DNA of 64,000 bases from Armatimonadota bacterium (GTDB lineage Bacteria > Armatimonadota > UBA5829 > DTJY01): the NCBI GenBank assembly GCA_029907255.1, contig JARYMF010000007.1, positions 105,541 to 169,540 on the forward strand, written 5' to 3'. A program made the position numbers and the translations under genes. The notes beneath the pieces are model-generated. The model saw only the letters and a program-made list of their open reading frames with translations. It searched no databases and was not told the origin of the DNA. This document shows, piece by piece, positions 53,577 to 62,272 of the stretch; the stretch's first letter is position 1, and each line of letters begins with the position of its first letter.

Positions 53577-55442
53577 TTACGGCTGTGCTATTTTGCTTTT
53601 CTCGACGTTTGAATGAATTTGGGCACCGTAAAACGGTCTTGTAATCGGTCCTTCGTCGCTTAATAATGAACAGAGAATCGGGTCTTGCAGCACATTGCGA
53701 ATATCATAGGGCTTACCATCTACGATGACAGTCCGTTTAACCAAGCGAATCCCATGGCTGTAATCCACATACCAATTAACATGCACCGTAGATAGCGGTT
53801 GGATTGGTGTGCCATCGAGCCTGTGCCAACCATAAATTGCAACGTGGTCTAAGCGGTTCTCGGGAAGGTTTGTGATTACCACGTCTTTCTTTATGCCCGC
53901 AACGAGTGCTCCCAGCGGCTTTCCTTTGCGTTGTTCCTCGATGATTGAGTTGTGCTTTATAAAGGTTTCGACAGCCTCGCGTTTTTCGGTAAGCGGTTTG
54001 GGTTCCAGCTTTACTTCGGCTTGCCGATAAATCTCGTCCACCATCTTGCGAGTCGGTAGCGAGCATTTAAAAAAGTCTGCAATCGCTTGAGCAGAAATTG
54101 GTGTTAACGGCACTCGCACGAAGTTTTTATCGGATCCTACCGCCAAGTAATCAGGCATGGTGTAGAAGCAAATCGAGTGTTCTTTGCCATTTGCATCCCT
54201 TGCCTTGAAAGAAATGGTTTTGAATTGCCTTAGAAAATCAGGCATATTGCCGCTCTTGAGTTCTTTTAGGATAATCTTTTCTCGATTTGATAGCGAGAAG
54301 CTGCCAACTTTTTTCATTACCGAAGTGCCATCTGCGGCATGCCTGGGGCGTCTTGGTATGTTTGTCGGTGCCGTTGGTTGAATCCACTTAACATAGGCAC
54401 GCGTGCCGCCGAATTTACCCCACTTTTCCTCAAGCATTGTGCCTAAAGTCAGTGCTTCTAAATAGCCATTCATCTCGCCAACTAGCGCTGTATGCAGAAT
54501 CTTATTCAAGGGATTGCGGTGGATTATAAAACTGATGCAAGATGCGTTGCTATTTTGTTTGGCGGACAAATTAGCGCGAGGCACAAAAGCGCTGTATATA
54601 TCAAAGTCGCCTAGCGATGACCTTCTGAAGGAAACTAGCTTCTCAAAATAGCCCAGCATTCGATGCGATGCGCGAAATGTGCCGCCTGTAGGTCCCACAA
54701 CAAGCTTGCCGTTGAGTGTTATTCGCCTGTCGTCATAGGCAATCACCACTAGACGGGTGCCAGGGTTTGCTTGAAGCCAGGCGAAAAGTTTATCGCCGTG
54801 GTGTTTGTCGTCGGAGTAGCTATAGTTTGCATCCAAGAAGACAATCCTGTCTACCCAAGATGGAATGGAATTGTAAGCGTCAATGAAGCCGAAAATCATG
54901 CTTCCTCCACCGCTGTGGGCGGCTAGCACTGCTTTTTTCTCTTGGCAAGGGATTTCGCCCAATACGTCCTCGATGGTCTTGCGGATAATCTGAGTGTCAT
55001 TGGAATGTTGCCGGCGCCAAGCTGGCCAGCTCAACTCGCTGGTTTCCATGCATATGAGCACTATATTTCTGTTTTTGTCCAACTTCCTCAGAAGCCGAGT
55101 TTGTGCGGCGATATGCTGAATATCAAAATGCCAATCAAGGCATTCTACCATCGCGGTTCCCAGGGTTTGTTCGATAGTATTTCCATTTGGTGTTCCGTAA
55201 AAAATAGCTAGAGTAGGGAGGTCATGGCGGAAGGGTGCAGGAGCGTTTATGAGCATCCGTATTCCTAAGTCATTTCGTATTTCCCGCACCTGTTCATTGA
55301 ACCAGGGGCTCTTAATGAACCCTTCTAAGCACTCGGCTTTCACACTGCTAAGGTCTACCAAGCTTATTCCGAATATTGAAAGTACTGCAACTTTTCGCAG
55401 AAGATAGTTATGCATAATTTTGGTGCGAATCATTTCTATCAA
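53577..55442 (-). CDS. secreted two-domain hypothetical protein (N-terminal alpha/beta-hydrolase-like; C-terminal unknown)
   Basis: Signal-like N-terminus (VAVLSIFGISLVDLSSVKA) and an AAHSGGG nucleophile-elbow-like motif. I did not recognise the C-terminal 250 aa. The start is uncertain. Confidence 0.5.
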   Translation of the reverse strand: MIEMIRTKIMHNYLLRKVAVLSIFGISLVDLSSVKAECLEGFIKSPWFNEQVREIRNDLGIRMLINAPAPFRHDLPTLAIFYGTPNGNTIEQTLGTAMVECLDWHFDIQHIAAQTRLLRKLDKNRNIVLICMETSELSWPAWRRQHSNDTQIIRKTIEDVLGEIPCQEKKAVLAAHSGGGSMIFGFIDAYNSIPSWVDRIVFLDANYSYSDDKHHGDKLFAWLQANPGTRLVVIAYDDRRITLNGKLVVGPTGGTFRASHRMLGYFEKLVSFRRSSLGDFDIYSAFVPRANLSAKQNSNASCISFIIHRNPLNKILHTALVGEMNGYLEALTLGTMLEEKWGKFGGTRAYVKWIQPTAPTNIPRRPRHAADGTSVMKKVGSFSLSNREKIILKELKSGNMPDFLRQFKTISFKARDANGKEHSICFYTMPDYLAVGSDKNFVRVPLTPISAQAIADFFKCSLPTRKMVDEIYRQAEVKLEPKPLTEKREAVETFIKHNSIIEEQRKGKPLGALVAGIKKDVVITNLPENRLDHVAIYGWHRLDGTPIQPLSTVHVNWYVDYSHGIRLVKRTVIVDGKPYDIRNVLQDPILCSLLSDEGPITRPFYGAQIHSNVEKSKIAQP

Positions 55443-55595
55443 AAATTCTACAAAAAATTGCTAAAACCTCTTGCCAATAAGACAATCATCGCATAGCATA
55501 AGAAAGCACTATGAAGAGTCCAGAAAATCGTGGAACAATTCATTGGGGAGAAGAATCAAAGTTAGACGAAAGTATGACAATTATGTTATAGTTTC

Positions 55596-55624
55596 TTGAC
55601 ATTTCGGTGTTTTTGTGATAGTAT
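55596..55624 (+). promoter_or_regulatory. sigma70-like promoter upstream of the GH130 gene
   Basis: TTGACA (55596-55601), a 17-nt spacer, then TAGTAT (55619-55624). This predicts a leader of about 100 nt. Confidence 0.45.
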
Positions 55625-55732
55625 TTTTGATAGAAAAAGAATGCTTGTTTGTGTTGTGCTGGCGCAGTTGCCGCATGAAAGAAAAATCTCCAAAACAAAC
55701 TTTAGAACTAGTTAGAGTTTTAAGGTCTACCA

Positions 55733-56662
55733 ATGGAGCTAGAGCGTTACGAAGGTAATCCCGTACTTACACCCACCGAGCGCTGGTGGGAGAATAAAGC
55801 AGTCTTTAATTGTGCAGCCGCAAGATCGAATGGAACTGTCCATATTATCTATCGGGCAATCGGAGAGGATGGTGTGTCTCGTTTTGGCTATGCCGCAAGC
55901 AAAAATGGCTTAGACGTGATAGAGCGTCACACCATGCCAATTTACGAATCTGTCGGCGATGAGCTTGAGCGGTTAGGAGTTGAGGATCCTCGGATTACCC
56001 GCATAGATGATACCTACTACATTACCTACACAGGCGTTTCGGTTTATCCCTGTTGTGAGGTTCATCCGTCTGCTATTCACACGGTGCCTTGGCGCTGTCG
56101 GGTGGGTCTCTTATCAACCACCGATTTTAAGACCTTCAAAAAGCATGGCTGTATCTTGCCTGATATGGACAACAAAGATGTTGTGTTGTTCCCTGAAAAA
56201 ATAAAAGGCAAGTACGTAATGCTACACCGAATCTTTCCTAATATTTGGATTGCATATTCCGAAGACCTAATCCACTGGCATGACCATAAAGTGCTTATGC
56301 ATGTTCAACCCGGTTCGTGGGACTGCGATCGCATTGGCGCTGGTGCACCGCCTATCAAGACCGAGTATGGCTGGCTGAATTTCTACCATGGCGTTGACCA
56401 CAAACGGAATTATCGGCTCGGAATACTGCTTCTAGACCTAGAAGACCCTTCTAAGGTCATAGGTAGGTCTGCTGAACCTGTCCTTAGCCCTGAAAAGGAT
56501 TATGAGAAAGTTGGGTTAGTTCCGAATGTTGTTTTTACGTGCGGCGCAATTTCGATGAATGGCCGGTATTATGTTTACTACGGCGGTGCCGACAAGGTAA
56601 TTGGTGTAGCTACGATGGATAAAAAGGATCTAACCAAAATTAGGTTAGAAAAAGTTACCTAG
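55733..56662 (+). CDS. GH130-family glycoside phosphorylase/hydrolase (DUF377-type beta-propeller)
   Basis: GNPVLTP...AVFNCAA...YRAIG...GVEDPRITRIDDTYYITYTG...GGADKVIG pattern. Confidence 0.75.
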   Translation: MELERYEGNPVLTPTERWWENKAVFNCAAARSNGTVHIIYRAIGEDGVSRFGYAASKNGLDVIERHTMPIYESVGDELERLGVEDPRITRIDDTYYITYTGVSVYPCCEVHPSAIHTVPWRCRVGLLSTTDFKTFKKHGCILPDMDNKDVVLFPEKIKGKYVMLHRIFPNIWIAYSEDLIHWHDHKVLMHVQPGSWDCDRIGAGAPPIKTEYGWLNFYHGVDHKRNYRLGILLLDLEDPSKVIGRSAEPVLSPEKDYEKVGLVPNVVFTCGAISMNGRYYVYYGGADKVIGVATMDKKDLTKIRLEKVT

Positions 56663-56790
56663 GCGGACGTGCCCCTTTAAACACTTTGCAGTTTACCTTT
56701 ATTATGCGGCTTTGAGACGATTTTTTTGCCTTGCATACAAAGTATCTTTTGCCCCTCTTTGCAATTTCAAATATTAAGCTAAATGCCATA

Positions 56791-56826
56791 AAAGCCTTTC
56801 CTTTGGTGAAAGGCTTTTTTTGTTTT
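56791..56826 (+). terminator. rho-independent terminator after the GH130 gene
   Basis: AAAGCCTTTC (56791-56800) pairs with GAAAGGCTTT (56808-56817), followed by TTTTTGTTTT. Confidence 0.75.
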
Positions 56827-56851
56827 GTAAACTTGCAAACAAGATGGTGGC

Positions 56852-56880
56852 TTGCCAAATCGAGCATAGCAGTTTACAAT
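56852..56880 (+). promoter_or_regulatory. sigma70-like promoter upstream of the DapA-like gene
   Basis: TTGCCA (56852-56857), a 17-nt spacer, then TACAAT (56875-56880). Confidence 0.45.
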
Positions 56881-56907
56881 AAGCCAAACTGACTTTGGGA
56901 GGTAGCG

Positions 56908-57957
56908 ATGGATTTTCGAGGGGCATGGACTGCGCTTATTACTCCAATGACAGCGGATGGTGAAATTGACTGGGAGGGTCTCGAAAAGAATATCCAATTT
57001 CAAATAGAGCAAGGGATTACTGGTTTGGTTCCGACTGGGACAACGGGCGAATCTCCAACGTTGAGTTGGGACGAGCACAATTCTGTAATCAAAGTTTGTC
57101 TTGACATGAGTGCAGGCCGCTGTCAGGTCATTGCGGGCACAGGAAGCAATTCAACCCAGGAAGCTGCCGAGAGCACGGAGCATGCTTTTGAAAATGGCGC
57201 TAAAGCAGCTCTTCTCGTAGATTGTTACTACAATGGACCGTCATCATTGGAATTGCGTAACGAGTACTACGGCGTGCTGGCGGAAATGTTTCCTGAGGTA
57301 TTCTTTGTGCCTTACGTTATTCCTGGTCGGTCTGGAACTGCGCTTGCGGTTGAGGACCTTGCAATCCTTGCGGATGAGTATCCCAATATTCGCGCGGTCA
57401 AAGAGGCGACGGGAGACCTCGAGCGGATGGCGCGAACAAGAGAGCTTCTTGGCGATGATTTTGCCATTCTCTCAGGAGATGATGATTTGACCTTCAAAAT
57501 GATGACGTCATCTTCGATAAGGGCTCAAGGCGTAATTTCAGTTATCTCGAACGTTGCGCCGAAAGCTGTCGCGCAAATGGTAGCAAATATCCTTAACGGC
57601 AATTTGGAAGCCGCCACGGCCCTCAGAGATGCTTTGAATCCACTCTTCGGCATAGTAACAGTCAAAGCCGAAAGCAAGCGTTGTCTTCCAAATGGCGAAG
57701 TTGTGGTTGTGCAGGATCGTTTCCGCAATCCCTTGGGCATTAAAATTCTCATGAACGGCCTTGGAATGCCTGCCGGTCCCGCCCGTCAGCCGCTTGGAAG
57801 GATGACACCTGAGGGTGTGCAGATTGTTCGCAATGCGTTGCACACAGTTTGGAAGCAGAACCCAGAAATCCTTGCGCCAATCGGCGATTTCTTTGGCATA
57901 GATGTCGAAGCAAGGATATACGAGGATTCTCACTGGACGAACTTTTGCTATCCTTAG
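56908..57957 (+). CDS. DHDPS/NAL-family class I aldolase (DapA-like, long form)
   Basis: LITPMT...GLVPTGTTGES...Schiff-base Lys context RAVKEATGD. At 349 aa it has extra sequence (TVKAESKRCLPNGEVVVVQDRF...) compared with typical DapA of about 290 aa. Confidence 0.7.
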   Translation: MDFRGAWTALITPMTADGEIDWEGLEKNIQFQIEQGITGLVPTGTTGESPTLSWDEHNSVIKVCLDMSAGRCQVIAGTGSNSTQEAAESTEHAFENGAKAALLVDCYYNGPSSLELRNEYYGVLAEMFPEVFFVPYVIPGRSGTALAVEDLAILADEYPNIRAVKEATGDLERMARTRELLGDDFAILSGDDDLTFKMMTSSSIRAQGVISVISNVAPKAVAQMVANILNGNLEAATALRDALNPLFGIVTVKAESKRCLPNGEVVVVQDRFRNPLGIKILMNGLGMPAGPARQPLGRMTPEGVQIVRNALHTVWKQNPEILAPIGDFFGIDVEARIYEDSHWTNFCYP

Positions 57958-57987
57958 AGCACACTAGGTTGGGAGAAGTTCTTGAAA

Positions 57988-58893
57988 ATGGAAATTCAGC
58001 CCATTGCGGAAAATAATGTAACCAAAGTATGGGAAATCTATCAGCGGAACGTTGCCGAGTGCGATAAACTGCCTCTTGAGCTGTTCAAATATAAGGTTCT
58101 AGGTGACCCGAACTATAGCCAGGAGCTTTCCCTAGCGGCTTTTGAATCCGATAAGCCAGTTGCATTTATGGACGCAGTAGTTCGAACTTTGGATGATAAT
58201 CGTGTGGGCTTCTTGAAGGCTTGGGCGACGGAAACCGAATATCGAGGAAAGGGAATTGCCACAGCGCTTTTAAACAGGGTAGAAAAACGGTTCCAGGAGC
58301 TCGGGGTTCAAAAAGTAGAAGCAGGGTGGGCAAGGCCACATTATTTTACCCCTGGTATAGATGCAAATGCGTATACTCCTGCGATAGCTTTTCTTTTGCG
58401 GCGGGGGTTTACGCGAACGAAAATTAGCTACAACATGGATTTGGCTCTTGAAAATCGGACCTTTGCAGATAAGACGCTTGAAAAACGGATTGCCGAGCAA
58501 GGCATTACTGTGCGGCGATTAGATTCAACCGAAAAAGAAGCTTTTCTTGCTTGGATAGCTGAAGATGGATGGTCGCAAGGCTGGCAGCACCAAGTTGGTT
58601 TTGCGTGTGATTTAAAGCCGCCGACCGTCTTTGTCGCCGAGCGCGAGGAAAGATATCTAGGATTTGCCGCCTATGATGCTGTGCGGCCAGGATGGTTTGG
58701 GCCAATGGGAACATCGCAGTCCCTGAGGGGATGTGGAATTGGAGGGGCCCTTTTCCTGCGGTGCATGGATGACATGAGGGAGAAGGGATATCCTATATGC
58801 CATATTTGCGCCGTTGGGCCCCTTTATTTCTATTGGAAAGTCGCTGGGGCAGTTGTTTCTAGGATATTCTGGATTATGGAGAAAAACCTATAG
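57988..58893 (+). CDS. GNAT-family N-acetyltransferase (two-lobed)
   Basis: YRGKGIATALL acetyl-CoA loop and a second lobe with LRGCGIGGALF. ATG 57988 is 9 nt after GGGAGAAG; TTG 57982 is an alternative start. Confidence 0.7.
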   Translation: MEIQPIAENNVTKVWEIYQRNVAECDKLPLELFKYKVLGDPNYSQELSLAAFESDKPVAFMDAVVRTLDDNRVGFLKAWATETEYRGKGIATALLNRVEKRFQELGVQKVEAGWARPHYFTPGIDANAYTPAIAFLLRRGFTRTKISYNMDLALENRTFADKTLEKRIAEQGITVRRLDSTEKEAFLAWIAEDGWSQGWQHQVGFACDLKPPTVFVAEREERYLGFAAYDAVRPGWFGPMGTSQSLRGCGIGGALFLRCMDDMREKGYPICHICAVGPLYFYWKVAGAVVSRIFWIMEKNL

Positions 58894-58995
58894 CTAGGGT
58901 TGTGCAACTTGACTTTGAACCCATAATATGATAGATTGCCCACCGGGGACTAGCTTTTCATGGCTCTTTTAGAACACCAGGAAGGTGGTAATTGA

Positions 58996-60432
58996 ATGGA
59001 TAGAGCGTGTTATAGAATCACCTTCAGCATCGTCTTTTTCCTTTTAATTACTGCGACTATTTTATTTGCACAAAACAGCACCGAATCGGACCTTCCTACA
59101 ATTGTTATTACTTCACCTAAAAACGGCGCAGTGATATCTGGCAGTAAAGTTCAGGTTTTGGCAGAGTTCCGTTCGAATGATAAGCAACAGGTTTCATCCA
59201 TAAAAGTCTATTTGGATGGCAAATTCATTTCGGAGAGAACTTTCAATCCACCCGTTTCAAAAGGTAGTGCCGGTTTTCTTTGGGATACAGTTCGCACCAA
59301 AGACGGCAGCCACAGGTTGGATATTCAGATATTCGCTGCCGAGCAGTATCTGGCGATGGCAACGTGCGTTGTGACGGTATCCAATAAGTCAAAAGAGATG
59401 GATACCGAGCCGCCTCAAGTGGTTGTGCTTGGTCCTGCCGAAGGTCAGACGGTTTCGGGGAAGGTGAGAATAGAGGTACAGGCCCGCGACAATAGCGGCC
59501 AACCACCATATGTAACAATCTCGATTGACAAAGTAGTCAAGGCAATGAGGAACTTCCCGCCGTATACTTACGAGTGGGATACTACTGAGGTGCCAAACGG
59601 TCCGCATACAATCGAAGTCAAGGCAATTGACAACTTCGATAATCGTCGGGACTCAAAGCCGATTCGAGTAATAGTGAAGAATCCTTCAAAAGTTGCTCCG
59701 GTGGTAGCGCCGTCTACTCGCACGCTTCCCACGAGTTCGCCCAAGAAGTCGGATGCTACCAAAGAACCCGTAGTTAAGGTGAGTTCGGTCATCGAGGAGT
59801 ATAAACGAACAACGCCGGTTGTTGCGGAGGTTGTGCATGAGAAGCTTAATGGTGAGAAAAACTCATCTATAGCCCCCGATGCGCAAGGCACATCCAAAGT
59901 GCAGATTGTTAAGTCATCGGTTGCCGGTGCGATTGAATCTATTCGCAATGAGCCTGGCGTTGATGTTCAAGCACCTGATAACAAGGCAAAGACAGATACC
60001 GTCCAAACTAAGCAAGAGATTATGACGGAGTATATAGTAAAAGAAGGCGATAGCTTGATTCGTATCGCCAATGAGTTTGGCGTGCCAGTCGCAAAGCTTA
60101 TTAGTCTAAATGATATAAAAGACCCAAGCCTCATCAGAATCGGCGATAGGCTTCGGATACCCCAACCTCAAGGTGAGGTTTTGATGGTTCCAATAAGGCC
60201 TGTCTTCGAGGCTGTCAGAGGAACAATCGTATGGGATGGCGAGTCCAAGACAGTTCGGGCACTCTCTCCAGAGTACGATATTACCCTGCAACTTGGAAGT
60301 GCAGAAGCGATAGTTAACTTTCAGCCAGTAATAATGGAAAAGGAAGCGCTTGTCCAAGATGGCCGCATCATGGTCCCCGCTTCCTTTATAAAGAAAACTC
60401 TGGGAATGGGTGAATATATAAGGGAAGGTTAG
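58996..60432 (+). CDS. secreted protein with Ig-like repeats, a LysM domain and a C-terminal stalk-like domain
   Basis: Signal/TM segment at the N-terminus and two similar Ig-like modules (VITSPKNGAVISG... and VVLGPAEGQTVSG...). It also has a LysM domain YIVKEGDSLIRIANEFGVPVAKLISLN...GDRLRIP. Confidence 0.65.
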   Translation: MDRACYRITFSIVFFLLITATILFAQNSTESDLPTIVITSPKNGAVISGSKVQVLAEFRSNDKQQVSSIKVYLDGKFISERTFNPPVSKGSAGFLWDTVRTKDGSHRLDIQIFAAEQYLAMATCVVTVSNKSKEMDTEPPQVVVLGPAEGQTVSGKVRIEVQARDNSGQPPYVTISIDKVVKAMRNFPPYTYEWDTTEVPNGPHTIEVKAIDNFDNRRDSKPIRVIVKNPSKVAPVVAPSTRTLPTSSPKKSDATKEPVVKVSSVIEEYKRTTPVVAEVVHEKLNGEKNSSIAPDAQGTSKVQIVKSSVAGAIESIRNEPGVDVQAPDNKAKTDTVQTKQEIMTEYIVKEGDSLIRIANEFGVPVAKLISLNDIKDPSLIRIGDRLRIPQPQGEVLMVPIRPVFEAVRGTIVWDGESKTVRALSPEYDITLQLGSAEAIVNFQPVIMEKEALVQDGRIMVPASFIKKTLGMGEYIREG

Positions 60433-60695
60433 GATGTCTTAGATTCCGCCTTCTCCGAAGAGGTATCTGACGGGAGAGAAAACTCGGGTTTGCGCCCGTC
60501 ACCATCTTTCTTGTCAGGTTTCCTGTAGTCTGTAACGTGAAACCCTGTGCCTTTGAAAACTATGCCTACCGGGAAGAAGAGCTTGCGAACTTCACCATTG
60601 CATTTTTCACATTCGGTGATGGGCTCGTCGGTTATTCTTTGGAAGACTTCAAATCGGTAACCACATCTCGTGCATTCGTAACCGTACGTTGGCAT
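60429..60695 (-). CDS. FmdB-family zinc-ribbon protein
   Basis: MPTYGYECTRCGYRFEVFQ...CEKCNG is the CxxC...CxxC signature of this family. Confidence 0.8.
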   Translation of the reverse strand: MPTYGYECTRCGYRFEVFQRITDEPITECEKCNGEVRKLFFPVGIVFKGTGFHVTDYRKPDKKDGDGRKPEFSLPSDTSSEKAESKTS

Positions 60696-60813
60696 AGCAT
60701 CACCTCTCTATAAAGATAAAAAATTGCACAATTTTTTCCACTGGAATTATACCAAAATAAGCGTATTAACACAATAAACCAGGTGCTCCAAGGGGAAATA
60801 TGCGAGGTGGGCT

Positions 60814-62010
60814 ATGGAAATAAATGGCAAGGATACACTTAAGGTTATTGGCTTGATGCCGGCCGCGTCGGGTGCTGGGGTAGATGCCGCGCTTGTTGAA
60901 ATTGAGGGTTTTGGGCTAAACTCTCAGGTTCGATTTCTCGATTACAAATACTATCCTTACCACGCACGAATCAGAGAGGTCATTTCTCAGCAGTCCAACT
61001 CATTGATTGGCAACATAGATTCAATCTCAGCGCTTAGTTTTGTACTTGGCGAGCTTTTTGCCGCGTTTGCCGTTGATTTAGCAAAGCAAAATGGATTATC
61101 AATGTCCCAAATTGATTTAATCGGTTCGCATGGCCACACCATTATTCATCAGACTCAGCAAGTAGAAATTGGAGGAATGTGGGCAATCTCGGTTTTGAAT
61201 ATTGGCGAACCTGCTGTGATTGCCAATCGAACAGGCGTTACTGTTGTTGCTGACTTTCAAGCAGCTGACATGGCGGCAGGAGGCCAGGGCGAACCGCTAA
61301 TGGCATATCCAGATTACATTTTGTTTCATGTAACAAATAGAGGTAGAGCGGTTCAGCAAATAGGAGACAAAGGAAGTGTTACCTACCTTCCTGGCAGAGC
61401 AGGGCTGGATGATGTAATCGGATTTGTTACAGGACCAGGAAGCACCCTTATAGATGAAGTGGTCTACAAAGCAACGGATGGTAAGCTCAGCTATGATGCG
61501 GGAGGCATGCTCGCAGCAAATGGCAAAATTGACAAGGTTATGCTGGGGCGAATTCTAGACCATCCATTTCTTCAAAAACGTCCTCCAAAGGCTGCAAGCC
61601 CCGGCGATTTTGGGCGAGAATTCGCAGGGGTAATTCTTAAAGAGTTTGGAAGCTTGCCTATTGAGGATCTTGTTGCTACGGTTACGGCATTTGTCGCTCG
61701 TACTATAATTCACAGCTACCATAAATGGCTTCCAAAACTACCAGATGATTTAATTGTTGGTGGTAGGGGTGCAGAGAATCCAACGCTTATGAAAATGCTT
61801 GCTGAAGGATTGCGCGGGGTAAAAGTTATGACCCATGAAGACTTTGGTATCAATAACAAGGCAAAGGAAGCCCTTTCAATCGCTTTATTGGCAAACGAAG
61901 CTATTCATCTTCAGCCTTCAAACATACCATCCGCAACCGGAGCAAAGCACCAAGTCATCCTTGGTAAAATTGTCCTTGGCCACAATATGGTGCGAAAAGT
62001 TAATAATTAG
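60814..62010 (+). CDS. anmK: anhydro-N-acetylmuramic acid kinase
   Basis: IGLMPAASGAGVDAALVE, GSHGHTI, NIGEPAVIA and ADFQAADMAAGGQGEPL are AnmK motifs. Confidence 0.8.
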   Translation: MEINGKDTLKVIGLMPAASGAGVDAALVEIEGFGLNSQVRFLDYKYYPYHARIREVISQQSNSLIGNIDSISALSFVLGELFAAFAVDLAKQNGLSMSQIDLIGSHGHTIIHQTQQVEIGGMWAISVLNIGEPAVIANRTGVTVVADFQAADMAAGGQGEPLMAYPDYILFHVTNRGRAVQQIGDKGSVTYLPGRAGLDDVIGFVTGPGSTLIDEVVYKATDGKLSYDAGGMLAANGKIDKVMLGRILDHPFLQKRPPKAASPGDFGREFAGVILKEFGSLPIEDLVATVTAFVARTIIHSYHKWLPKLPDDLIVGGRGAENPTLMKMLAEGLRGVKVMTHEDFGINNKAKEALSIALLANEAIHLQPSNIPSATGAKHQVILGKIVLGHNMVRKVNN

Positions 62011-62272
62011 CCGCTAAAAACATTATATGCTTTATTGACTAGGCCGCAATGTAATTTTGTTTTTCTTGAAACTTAGCAGTGGGTTTTTATCTTGATTTGC
62101 GGCTAATCATTATCTTTCTCTGCGTTGGCAAATTGGCGGTAGAATCTGCAATTGACATATAAGGGACCGTTCTGCTAAATTAAGACGGCGTTTCAAAAAA
62201 CATGCTCAGGACGGTTGACCCGCGCCAAAGCGGGTCATAATTACATTAAGACGTTTACCGGAGGTGGAGGGC

